From the NCBI GenBank assembly GCA_051874735.1, contig JBJEGD010000004.1, positions 64,001 to 128,000 on the forward strand: a stretch of 64,000 nucleotides of DNA, in the 5' to 3' direction. Made by a program: the position numbers and the translations under genes. The notes beneath the pieces were generated by a model that was given only the letters and a program-made list of their open reading frames with translations, was not told where the DNA came from and ran no database searches. Of this stretch, positions 52,729-61,945 are shown piece after piece. This stretch comes from Candidatus Bruticola sp. Its GTDB lineage: Bacteria; Vulcanimicrobiota; Xenobia; Xenobiales; Xenobiaceae. How positions within the stretch are numbered: position 1 is the stretch's first letter; each line of letters begins with the position of its first letter.

Positions 52729-53379
52729 ATGGAAGACAATTATTTACAGCTGGTTCTAATAGGAGAAAGCGAGAATTTTATATCCTGGGGTCTGCTTTTA
52801 TCTAGAAAAGGATTTACTTTAAGCGGTGTTTATTTGCCGCAGCGCTGGGCCGCTTTGGCCAGTGTGCTACTATTAGGATGCCCAGCTTATACAAATATAG
52901 AAGAGACTGCCGCTTCCGGAAACATCATTTTTATTGAGAGAAGTTTTTGGGCCCAATTGTCTGAAGAAAATAAAAGTAAAATGTTAAATTTAGATGAAAG
53001 TAACTGCGCCCCCAATGAAACCTGCCCAATTAATAAATCGGTGGTGCTGATCGATTTCCTCGGGGAAGGGCCGACATTTAGCTCAAAAGAAGCAGCAACT
53101 AAAGCTTTTGAGGCCCCTAACGATTTACAGGCTTTTGTTGATAAAACTGCTTCCAGTTGGCAGTGGTATCTGCTTAAGATAGCTGGCTCCCTCTCTGAAG
53201 CTGGACGCGATATCTTGCGAGTAGATGAAATGTGCTGTGGACGAGCTCATGAACCTAATCCTTGTCAAGATTATTCCCTAGATTGCTCTGGACTTAGTTT
53301 TCTTTTAAAAAGTTTAAAAGCGGAAGAAAACGAGAGCTGTGGAGTTAAGAACATTTTAGAAAAATTGCTAGATTGCTGA
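52729..53379 (+). CDS. hypothetical protein, weak Rossmann-like N-terminus
   Basis: AGGAG RBS and 216-aa ORF; LVLIG...LSRKGFTLSGVY loosely resembles a dinucleotide-binding start without its Gly motif. Confidence 0.55.
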   Translation: MEDNYLQLVLIGESENFISWGLLLSRKGFTLSGVYLPQRWAALASVLLLGCPAYTNIEETAASGNIIFIERSFWAQLSEENKSKMLNLDESNCAPNETCPINKSVVLIDFLGEGPTFSSKEAATKAFEAPNDLQAFVDKTASSWQWYLLKIAGSLSEAGRDILRVDEMCCGRAHEPNPCQDYSLDCSGLSFLLKSLKAEENESCGVKNILEKLLDC

Positions 53380-53504
53380 GATCTTAACGCTTCATTGGCA
53401 TTGATTTACTCAGGTAGATAATTTTGCTGTTTGGAAGGCTAGGCTTTTACTTGAAGCCATAGAAAGTAAAGCTGGCGCGTTAATTTACATAGAGGTATTT
53501 TTTT

Positions 53505-54227
53505 GTGGGTGAGCGTTTTTCCGTCGCTGTAGTTACCGATTGGCAGGGGACGGCCGGTCCTGCTATCTGCAATGCTTTAATTCAAGCCGGCTTCAGCGTT
53601 TTAATTAATGGGCCCCAGGAGGTACTCTTTAATATCCCTCCTTCCGATGCTATGGGCAAAGTTTTAGCTCAGCCTTTCGATACGACTAATGAACAGGAAG
53701 TACAAGAAACTTTTTTGACCTGTGCTAATCACTTGGGAGGCATTGACGTCTTAGTTAACAATAACTACTTCTGGAATGATGCTGCTTTGGGTGATATTAC
53801 CGAAAAAATGTGGGAAGAAGTCATCAATCGCGGTTTAAAAAGTACTTTTTATTGCAGTAGAGCAGCTAGCCGTTTTATGAAGACTCAGGGCTACGGTAAG
53901 ATTATCAATGTCATTAGTTCTTCGGCATTTAACGGTGTTTACACTCAATTCGCTTCAGTGTGTGCCGGTATCCATTCCTTAACAAAATCGTTGGCCAAAG
54001 AATTGGCTCCAGAAGTTAGGGTAAATTCTGTAGCTCCAGGCTTGATCGACGAGCCTTGGATTGATGAAGGTGGTAAGGAGCTCAGGGAAATGCTGGTGCG
54101 CGATGTTTTGTTAAAGCGTCTTTGTTCCAACGATGATATTGCTGAAGCTGTAAATTATTTAGCTTGTGGCGCCGATTTTATGACTGGCCAAATGCTGGTG
54201 TTAGACGGCGGTGAATGTTTGCATTGA
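53505..54227 (+). CDS. SDR-family (FabG-like) protein with degenerate motifs
   Basis: GGIDVLVNN, GKIINVISS, LAKELAP-VRVNSVAPG, TGQMLVLDGG; TGxxxGxG and YxxxK absent. Confidence 0.85.
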   Translation: MGERFSVAVVTDWQGTAGPAICNALIQAGFSVLINGPQEVLFNIPPSDAMGKVLAQPFDTTNEQEVQETFLTCANHLGGIDVLVNNNYFWNDAALGDITEKMWEEVINRGLKSTFYCSRAASRFMKTQGYGKIINVISSSAFNGVYTQFASVCAGIHSLTKSLAKELAPEVRVNSVAPGLIDEPWIDEGGKELREMLVRDVLLKRLCSNDDIAEAVNYLACGADFMTGQMLVLDGGECLH

Positions 54228-54287
54228 TTATTGATGAACCTGAAGCAGTTGCCGCTAGCCGTGAGGCTTTTAGTCACAGTGTGTGAA

Positions 54288-54309
54288 TTATAGGCGCTTT
54301 ATAGGCGCT
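54288..54309 (+). repeat. perfect 11-bp tandem direct repeat
   Basis: TTATAGGCGCT TTATAGGCGCT just upstream of the 54324 gene. Confidence 0.85.
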
Positions 54310-54323
54310 CATAATAAAAAAAT

Positions 54324-56768
54324 ATGGATTATTTTATGAAAAGCAAGTCTGTTGAGACGCTTATTATACGCTGCATATTACCGTTGTTAATATTTATTTT
54401 AAGCAGTTGTTTATCAGCCTATGCTCAAGACCAGGACTGGTTTGCCTCTGGTGACAGCGATTCTGTTTCTTTTTACGATAAGGAGGCGCCTTATATAAGC
54501 CTAGGCTTAGGTCCAAATAATTTGGGCAAAAAGTCTTCTTCAAATATAACGCGGATCGATTCTTTAGAAGGCACAGTAGTCGACTTTGATAATAAAGAGC
54601 GGGAGATTCTTTATAGAACTGATAACAACAATTATTTAAGTGGCTCTTATTTTATTTCTTTACAAAAGCATTGGCTGAGCAGTGTCAATTTAACAGCAAA
54701 GCGGTTAGTAGCTCAGAAGGCTGTCAAAAACGATGAAGCCAAGGTAATTTTAGTTAGAGATAAGTTCGCTGTCCTGCGCCAAGAAAATTCTTTTTCTGTT
54801 TTCCGCCAGGATAATTTACAGCTTTTATGGGAGCGAGACTTCTCATCTGAATTCGGTTTAATCGCTAGTAATATAGGTGTATGGCCGGAACAAATGGTCT
54901 TAATTGGCCAAGCTGAAGGTCAAAAATCTTTTATTTGTGCCTCAGTAAACTTGGCTGACGGTCAGATCCGCTGGAAAAAAACATTATCGGGTCTCTTCGC
55001 AGATTTAGCGGTTTCATCTCAGTTTGTTTACTTGGCCTTTACTGAAGAGAATGGCTACAATTCTAGTCAGGTTCACGGAGCTAAAGGTACTATTTGTTCA
55101 CTGTCGCTTAGTAACGGTAGGATGAGCTCCAGTAGACAAATAATAGGGCTATATCGTTTTTATGCAGGTCCAAATAGGCTTCTGACTATTTCCTGCAGTG
55201 ATTACGGAGCAAAAACTGCCTATGTTATGGAACTTTATTCTACCGATTTGCAGCTCTTAAATAGCATTGGCATAAGTTTTCTGCCTCAATGGGTAAATTT
55301 TAGTTCTAAGCAAATTAGGGCTCTTTACTCCGATTTAGATTCTTTGGAACGCTGGAATTTATGCGTACTTTCAGCTGAAGATGGAAAAGTACTCTCCCAT
55401 TTTGAAATAAGCAATAAGTTATATCAGCTGGTATGCGATAGAGATAATGTTTGGTTTTTTATAGGTATTGATAATGCTGTCGCTGTATACTTGTTGCAAG
55501 ATAACGAGCTAATCTCAGTGACAGAATGCTCATTTGACATGGAAGACAGCCCTTATTTAGGGTGTAGTGCTCTGATTTTAGGTAATAATCTTTATGCTTG
55601 GGGTAAAAGAGCTAACTCTGCTGTTTTATCTATTGCGGCTTTAGATCTTAAGAGCAGGCGCCGTTTAGGCTGGAGTAGTAAAAATTTAGACTCGGCTTCT
55701 CTTATCCCTTGTGGTAATTCTCTGGCTATGGTGTCTGTAGATAACGATCGTTTTACCGGCGAAGTTGTCAGCCGTATTAAACTTATCGATTTCAAAAAGG
55801 GTGGATTTTCGTTTACATCTGAGCCGATTAAAGGTCAAATCGTATCTTTCGGAGGAGATAGGGCTTTGTCTGCTGCTAGGTCGGTTCTGCGCAAGCGGCA
55901 CCTTGAGGTTCACGATGACGCTTTAATATATCTGGCTTCTTCTGGGGGAGAGCTGACACTTCTGAGCCAAAACGGTAAAATTTTGACACGTCCTTTGAGG
56001 AGCATATTTTTTGATTGGACAAAGCTAAATAATTTTTGCGGAGTTATTCTTTTAACTGGGTGTATTCTATGGTATATAGCCCAGGCTAATCGGGGAAAGA
56101 AGCTCTTTATACGTGAAATAGCTGGTTTGAGTGCTCTAGATGAAGCCGTCGGCAGGGCTACTGAAATGGGGCGTCCGGTGCTGTATATACCTGGAGTCGG
56201 GGAGATAGATGATACGCAGACTATGGCCGCTCTTTCAGTTTTAGGCAAGGTTAGCAGCTGCACCGCCGAGTATGGTTGCTCTATTATGGTGCCTAACTGC
56301 AGCCCTGTAGTAATGTCTATGGCTCAAGATGTCGTCAGTCAATCTTATTTAAAGGCCGGATGTCCCGATTCTTACGTTAGTGATAATATCTGCTATTTAT
56401 CCGGTGAACAGTTTGGATTCGCTGCGGGGGTGTGCGGTATTATGGTGAGGGAGAGACCAGCGGCTGTCCTCTACATGGGCACGTTTTTAGCTGAGGCCTT
56501 AATGCTGGCGGAAACTGGTAATTCTACAGGAGCCATACAAATTGCTGGTACAGCTAGCGCTTCTCAACTACCTTTCTTTGTGGCCGCTTGTGATTACACA
56601 CTTATTGGTGAGGAACTTTATGCCGCCTCCGCTTATCTTTCCAATGATCCTATGCAGATAGGCTCATTAAAGGGGCAGGATGCTGCTAAAGCGGCTATTA
56701 TGGTGCTTATTATCGCAGGTATAATTTGCCTCAGCTGCGGAGGCCATTGGATCTCCTATCTTTGGTAG
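54324..56768 (+). CDS. exported beta-rich (PQQ-propeller-like) domain, TM helix and DUF6754-like C-terminal domain
   Basis: Signal peptide ending AYA; W-ending blade-like motifs (LLWER, GQIRWK); C-terminal IREIAGL..LDEAVGRATEMGRP...ETGN..GAIQIAGT...QLPFFV..CDYTLIGEELYAASAYLS. Confidence 0.8.
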   Translation: MDYFMKSKSVETLIIRCILPLLIFILSSCLSAYAQDQDWFASGDSDSVSFYDKEAPYISLGLGPNNLGKKSSSNITRIDSLEGTVVDFDNKEREILYRTDNNNYLSGSYFISLQKHWLSSVNLTAKRLVAQKAVKNDEAKVILVRDKFAVLRQENSFSVFRQDNLQLLWERDFSSEFGLIASNIGVWPEQMVLIGQAEGQKSFICASVNLADGQIRWKKTLSGLFADLAVSSQFVYLAFTEENGYNSSQVHGAKGTICSLSLSNGRMSSSRQIIGLYRFYAGPNRLLTISCSDYGAKTAYVMELYSTDLQLLNSIGISFLPQWVNFSSKQIRALYSDLDSLERWNLCVLSAEDGKVLSHFEISNKLYQLVCDRDNVWFFIGIDNAVAVYLLQDNELISVTECSFDMEDSPYLGCSALILGNNLYAWGKRANSAVLSIAALDLKSRRRLGWSSKNLDSASLIPCGNSLAMVSVDNDRFTGEVVSRIKLIDFKKGGFSFTSEPIKGQIVSFGGDRALSAARSVLRKRHLEVHDDALIYLASSGGELTLLSQNGKILTRPLRSIFFDWTKLNNFCGVILLTGCILWYIAQANRGKKLFIREIAGLSALDEAVGRATEMGRPVLYIPGVGEIDDTQTMAALSVLGKVSSCTAEYGCSIMVPNCSPVVMSMAQDVVSQSYLKAGCPDSYVSDNICYLSGEQFGFAAGVCGIMVRERPAAVLYMGTFLAEALMLAETGNSTGAIQIAGTASASQLPFFVAACDYTLIGEELYAASAYLSNDPMQIGSLKGQDAAKAAIMVLIIAGIICLSCGGHWISYLW

Positions 56769-56790
56769 CTTGTTTTAAAGGATTATATAT

Positions 56791-57453
56791 ATGAAGCGTG
56801 AGATTCCGCTGCTGATTACTTTCATTGCCGGCTTGGTAATGATAGTGCAGTTTTACAGTTACCCTCTGAATTGGCTGGGCGACCTGTTTAATGATTTTTA
56901 TAATATTATCCTTACCTTTGCCTTTATATTAGGGGCTTTGAGTCTTTTTGCCGTTAATGGTAAAAAAATTATGTCGCAGACTCCTGGCTGGGGATACAAC
57001 TGTGTATTGCTGCTGTCTTTAATAGTAACATTAATTTGTGGCCTTTTTCTGGCTCCGCATGGCAAGTTACCTACCGACGAGGGGACAGCCTTCAGCTGGA
57101 TTTTTGATCATATATTTACCCCTCTGTCGGCAGCTACTTACAGTTTGTTGGCCTTTTATATCGCTTCAGCTTCTTTCAGAGCTTTTCGGGCCAGATCTTG
57201 GGAAGCAGCTTTGCTGCTAGTTACTGCGTTCATCGTCATGCTTTTCCGCGTTCCTTTAGGTGAACATCTGTGGCAGATGTTACCTATAGTAGGTCAATAT
57301 GATATAGCTAAATTTATTGAAGATTGGTTAATGGGCACTTTCAATGCCGCTGGTCAGCGGGCTATTCTCTTAGGAGCCTCAGTCGGATTGATTTCTGTAT
57401 CTTTAAAAATATTGCTAGGTATTGAGCGATCTTATTTAGGAGGCTCCGATTAA
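56791..57453 (+). CDS. conserved multi-TM membrane protein
   Basis: About 6 hydrophobic segments; SLLAFYIASASFRAFRAR, AGQRAI, LGIERSYLG. Confidence 0.85.
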   Translation: MKREIPLLITFIAGLVMIVQFYSYPLNWLGDLFNDFYNIILTFAFILGALSLFAVNGKKIMSQTPGWGYNCVLLLSLIVTLICGLFLAPHGKLPTDEGTAFSWIFDHIFTPLSAATYSLLAFYIASASFRAFRARSWEAALLLVTAFIVMLFRVPLGEHLWQMLPIVGQYDIAKFIEDWLMGTFNAAGQRAILLGASVGLISVSLKILLGIERSYLGGSD

Positions 57454-58286
57454 TGTTAGCTAAGTTGTCAAATTTGGATAGGCGCTGGATTTTTTTTGCT
57501 CTAGCCTTATGTGTGATTATTCCTCTTGTTTGGCCGCTTCAGCTGCGGATAGAGCCTAGTCCGCTCAGCATCAAATTTTATGAAACTGTAGAAAATTTGC
57601 CAGAAAATTCCTGCGTTTGCATGTCGTTCGATTATGGACCAGGCACTAAGGTAGAGTGTCATCCTATGGCTGTAGCCATGTTGCGCCACCTTTTCCGCCG
57701 CAAATGCAAAGTCGTATGCATAGCCTTGTGGCCTGAAGGCAGTCTTTTTGCTAGAGAAGCATTGCAAGAAGCAGCCAAAGAATATGAAGCCGTATATGGT
57801 GAAGATTATGTCAACTTAGGCTACAAAAATGGAGGAGAGGTTATACTTAAGGCTATAGGGGAAGATTTTGGCTCAATATATACGTCAGATTTTTCTGGTC
57901 GTCGTTTGTCTGATTTGCCTATTATGAATAGAGTCGTTGGATGGGATAGTTTTGATTTAGTCTGCGATTGGTCTATGGGGCGTCCTGGTCTAGCTGAATT
58001 CGTTCGTGTGGTTGTTGGCCAATATAATCGTCCTTTATTGGCTGGTACTACAGCCGTAACTACTCCTGAGGCTTATCCTTTTTTGAATTCTGGACAATTA
58101 ATTGGTCTATTAGGTGGTTTGCGCGGAGCCAGCGAGTATGAAGTGCTGATAGGCATGAAGGGCGGTCAAGCTTCGCGGGGTATCGATGCTCAATCTATGG
58201 CCCATTTTTTTGTGGCTTTTCTGATCGTTTTAGCCAATTTAATATACTTTGCCCAATGCTGGCATAAAAAAAATACTAGAAACTAG
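57453..58286 (+). CDS. conserved membrane-anchored alpha/beta protein
   Basis: N- and C-terminal TM; DRRWIF, SFDYGP, YGEDYVNLGY, GLLGGLRGASEYE, DAQS; TAATG coupling to the upstream gene. Confidence 0.85.
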   Translation: MLAKLSNLDRRWIFFALALCVIIPLVWPLQLRIEPSPLSIKFYETVENLPENSCVCMSFDYGPGTKVECHPMAVAMLRHLFRRKCKVVCIALWPEGSLFAREALQEAAKEYEAVYGEDYVNLGYKNGGEVILKAIGEDFGSIYTSDFSGRRLSDLPIMNRVVGWDSFDLVCDWSMGRPGLAEFVRVVVGQYNRPLLAGTTAVTTPEAYPFLNSGQLIGLLGGLRGASEYEVLIGMKGGQASRGIDAQSMAHFFVAFLIVLANLIYFAQCWHKKNTRN

Positions 58287-58310
58287 CTGTAGAGAGGCTG
58301 CGGATCTATT

Positions 58311-58958
58311 ATGGAAGCTCATTCATTAAGTGACCTTATAGGAATGTGGATAGGTGTTTGCCTGACTATGTGCATTTTCAGCTTTCTCTATAAGGATAAT
58401 CCTCTGTACAGATTAGCTGAGCATATTTTTGTTGGAGTCTCTGCCGGCTATTGGATGTGCATTGGGTACTGGCAGGTGATTTACCCTAACTTGATTTTGA
58501 AACTGCAGAGTGGCGATTGGCGCTATTTAATAGCAGCCGTACTCAGTATTATGCTTTTAGCTAGAGTCGTGCCCAAGTATGCTTGGATTAGCCGTTGGCC
58601 TTTAGCCTTTATGGTCGGTATTTTCGCTGGCTATAACATAGTCTATACCATGGAAGCCCAGGTTATTCGACAGCTTGAGGCTACGGTTGTGCCACTTTGG
58701 GGATGCCCAGATTTCGCGACTTTTTTATCAAATTTGATTATTGCAGTTGGGGTCTTAAGCGGCCTGATGTATTTCTATTTTTCTAAAGAACATAAGGGAA
58801 CTTTTTGGGGTAAAACTGCTAAAATAGGCATAGGAGTGCTGATGATCTCCTTTGGAGCTGCCTTCGGGTACACCGTTATGGCCAGAATTTCTTTGCTGAT
58901 AGGGCGGGTTATGTACATTCAGGATGTATGGCAGGCTACTGTTAACTTCTTCCGTTAG
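58311..58958 (+). CDS. conserved multi-TM membrane protein
   Basis: SFLYKDNPLYRLAEHIFVGVSAGY, SRWP, FGAAFGYTVMARISLLIGR. Confidence 0.85.
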   Translation: MEAHSLSDLIGMWIGVCLTMCIFSFLYKDNPLYRLAEHIFVGVSAGYWMCIGYWQVIYPNLILKLQSGDWRYLIAAVLSIMLLARVVPKYAWISRWPLAFMVGIFAGYNIVYTMEAQVIRQLEATVVPLWGCPDFATFLSNLIIAVGVLSGLMYFYFSKEHKGTFWGKTAKIGIGVLMISFGAAFGYTVMARISLLIGRVMYIQDVWQATVNFFR

Positions 58959-59071
58959 ATTTGTCTATTTTGGGCTACAGTTGAGCTCGAAAATATTTTT
59001 AAATCTTGAATTATAGCTTTTTGTGGTTCTATTTGAAACATATTAGTTAGGGGGTAAGAATTTAAGTAAGT

Positions 59072-60217
59072 ATGCTGAATATGGAAAACCATCGATACCG
59101 CAGTTCGTTTCACGCTAATACTGGACCCGATCATGAAGAAGTTGCAGATAGCTATACTCATGAAGTTGAAAGTAGCGAGCCACATCAAGAGGGGGCCTCT
59201 GTACCCTTAAGTTTTGTAAATAATTCCCCCAGAAATCAGATACTTTCCGTAATATTTAAGTTTTGTTCCCGTATTTACAAGAAAATTTTAAGATCACTTC
59301 CTGGTAATATCGATGGTCAACTGCCGGGTAGATTTAAACTGCTCTATTCACTGTCATTTTTTATATTGTTTTTGGGATTTATTGCCTATCCTTTGGTGTT
59401 CCCATATATAGATGATGATGTAAGTTTGTATTGTACATTAGGCAGTTCTATGTCTTTTTTTATTAGTTTTATTATTCTAATTTCGCCTAGTTATGATCCT
59501 CCTGAAGAGTATATCGAAGATGATTATGAAACGGCCATAGAATCTTCTTTTTCTGAAGAAGAGTCTGAACCACTTACAATTGAATATTCTTATTCGCATT
59601 TCCAATATCTAATTTATACTTTGATAGCTGCTGCTATGGCTGCTATTGGCTACTACCTTATGATTTGTATTTATATATACATGCAAAAATATTATTTAAA
59701 CGATGCTTTAAATGTGAGTACGTCAATACACGTCATTGTGGCTATATTTATAGTGGTTGCCTCGTTTCTAACTTTTGGCAATTATTACCAAGAAACAGCT
59801 GTGATAACTTTGACAAATGAGGGTATAAAAGGAAAAATTAAGGGGCTTTTCTCTCTCAAAGATATAAAGGAAAGTTTTTACGCATCATTAGGACTCGGGA
59901 GTGTTCATGTCGATAGAGATGAGCTTCCCTCCGATTTGTTAGAAATGATCCCTTCTCTCCCCGTTCAAGATGAACTGGACTGGGAGTATTTTAAAGCTTT
60001 TTCCGTTCATCATGAGTGCATTGTATTGTGGTCCAAGCCTCCAGAAGAAAATTTTATGAGCCTGTTGTACATCACCGTAGGAGCAAGCCTTGAGCTAAAT
60101 CCTTCAATGCGCTTATTTATTCCGCAAAATGATCTTCAAAAAGTAACTAACTTTTTGTCCCATAAGCTAAAACAAGTGAAGTTCTATCCCAACGCCAGTC
60201 TTATTTACAGAATGTAA
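59072..60217 (+). CDS. hypothetical membrane protein with a C-terminal YcxB/PH-like region
   Basis: About 4 TM segments, then LTNEGI...WEYFKAFS...IVLW...LFIP. Confidence 0.65.
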   Translation: MLNMENHRYRSSFHANTGPDHEEVADSYTHEVESSEPHQEGASVPLSFVNNSPRNQILSVIFKFCSRIYKKILRSLPGNIDGQLPGRFKLLYSLSFFILFLGFIAYPLVFPYIDDDVSLYCTLGSSMSFFISFIILISPSYDPPEEYIEDDYETAIESSFSEEESEPLTIEYSYSHFQYLIYTLIAAAMAAIGYYLMICIYIYMQKYYLNDALNVSTSIHVIVAIFIVVASFLTFGNYYQETAVITLTNEGIKGKIKGLFSLKDIKESFYASLGLGSVHVDRDELPSDLLEMIPSLPVQDELDWEYFKAFSVHHECIVLWSKPPEENFMSLLYITVGASLELNPSMRLFIPQNDLQKVTNFLSHKLKQVKFYPNASLIYRM

Positions 60218-60315
60218 ACATTTGTAAGTCTTTTTTGTCGCGAATATCAAACTTCAGTAGTTTATAATGGGATAAAGCTAGTGTAGCTTTAGAACGAACA
60301 AAGGGAATATGGGCA

Positions 60316-60984
60316 ATGGTAGATTATTTGCACATAATTAGAAACACAAATTTTACACAACATGTAAATTATTTAACTTCTCCAGATTATCTAGTTATAG
60401 ATCATAAAGTCTTCCGGGGACGCGGTTTGGCGAAATTGTGGTATATGTTAAAACCGTTGGTAGCGATAATTATATTTGTGGCTTTATTTACATATGTAAT
60501 GAACTTTAATGTTGGAGAATTTGAGCTTACTATTGCTTTCATTGTCCTTGCTTTGGCCTTATTTATAATATTTGGGGGCTCTGATGATGGCGATTTTGAT
60601 GTGAATTTAATATTCAGTGAGACTGGGCTGACTATGTTAGTTAATTCCCAAAATGGGCGGACTAATATGATTAAACATTACCCCACTTTCGCAAGTGTAT
60701 CTGGTGAAATGGCTTGGTCTCAGTTTAAAAGCTATTCTATAGTGCATCACGAGAAGCGAGGAACTGTTTCTATTAGGCTATGGCTGATTGATGAGCCTGA
60801 TAGCTGCTCTTACGATGAACTTAAGCTTAAAGAGCGACGTAATGTTGCTGTTGAATTCTTCCTTAATCCCATAGATAATCGCTATATCAAACTGGGAGAT
60901 TGTAAAATTACAGAACTTAAAGCTGGCGTCAAATTTCTGCAGGAACATTTGCCTTTGTATTCTGAATTTAAAGTCAGCGATTAG
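60316..60984 (+). CDS. hypothetical 2-TM protein with a YcxB/PH-like region
   Basis: 2 TM segments, then FSETGL...WSQFKSYS...IRLW. Confidence 0.65.
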   Translation: MVDYLHIIRNTNFTQHVNYLTSPDYLVIDHKVFRGRGLAKLWYMLKPLVAIIIFVALFTYVMNFNVGEFELTIAFIVLALALFIIFGGSDDGDFDVNLIFSETGLTMLVNSQNGRTNMIKHYPTFASVSGEMAWSQFKSYSIVHHEKRGTVSIRLWLIDEPDSCSYDELKLKERRNVAVEFFLNPIDNRYIKLGDCKITELKAGVKFLQEHLPLYSEFKVSD

Positions 60985-61114
60985 CTTCCGCCTCATATTA
61001 ACAAAGGCTGGAATAGCTTTTTTTCATAAGAAAATAGGTGGATGCTGCAGCGGTTGAGCCTATATCATTTTTCTATATGGCAACTGTCTGAAAGTTTGTG
61101 TATAGGGTATAAGT

Positions 61115-61615
61115 TTGAGTAAAAAACATTATAAAAACAAGCAGAGCAATTCTAAAAATAAAGAAATTGCTTTGCCTTTAATTATTAGGCAGCATCCTGC
61201 CGTTAAGCGCCCTTGGTTGACTGCAGTTATTGTTCTTTTTTTGTTATTGATGATCTTCTCTATGTTCAGTTCTAAAGGAGGCTGGAGTAGTCTGCTAGTT
61301 CCGGCAGTTTTACTAGTGGTTATACTGCATGGCCTTATTCCTTATTTCGTTCCCACTACTTACACTTTTACTAAAGAACAGATCGAAGTGCGCCGTTTTG
61401 GTAAGCCTTCTGTGTTTAAGTGGGATGATTACCGCGCCTATTCTATGCAGAGCAATGGTTTTGTGCTTTGGATGGAAATGCATCCTGCCTCCAAAAGTTC
61501 TTCATTTTCCAAATATTTTAAAAGTTTGCGAAACTCTGTTTTTATTCCCCTCGATGAGGAATCTATGCAAATAGTTGAACCTCTGATTTCTCGCAAGTTA
61601 GTCAAGACCGATTAA
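61115..61615 (+). CDS. 2-TM protein with a YcxB/PH-like region
   Basis: HPAVKRP, 2 TM segments, FVPTTYTFTKEQI...WDDYRAYS...FVLW...VFIP; TTG start uncertain. Confidence 0.7.
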   Translation: MSKKHYKNKQSNSKNKEIALPLIIRQHPAVKRPWLTAVIVLFLLLMIFSMFSSKGGWSSLLVPAVLLVVILHGLIPYFVPTTYTFTKEQIEVRRFGKPSVFKWDDYRAYSMQSNGFVLWMEMHPASKSSSFSKYFKSLRNSVFIPLDEESMQIVEPLISRKLVKTD

Positions 61616-61627
61616 TTAATAAGTGAT

Positions 61628-61945
61628 ATGAATATAAATTGGCGGGAAATGTGGTCCCTACAAGAACCTGTGTCTTCTGAAACTGAGCAGGCTAAAGTGG
61701 AAAATGATGTAAATCGATTAGCTCAGTTGGTAGTTTCCAGCCATTTAGGAGTTCCGGCTCTTTGGTTTTTGGAATCGTGCCGTCCGCTCCATTTTATAGG
61801 CAGTCAAGCTTTGTTTTTTCTTTCACCGGCTGCCAATATGTTCGGCTGGGGTGATTTATGTCGCCAGATGGCTAAAATTGCGGAGCAGCCTTCTCAAATG
61901 GAAGCTTTGATGGAAGCTATCGAGCAATTGGAAATTCAAAAATAA
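61628..61945 (+). CDS. small conserved hypothetical protein
   Basis: LAQLVV..LGVPALWFLESCRPLHFIGSQALFF; TAATG-coupled to the next gene. Confidence 0.75.
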   Translation: MNINWREMWSLQEPVSSETEQAKVENDVNRLAQLVVSSHLGVPALWFLESCRPLHFIGSQALFFLSPAANMFGWGDLCRQMAKIAEQPSQMEALMEAIEQLEIQK

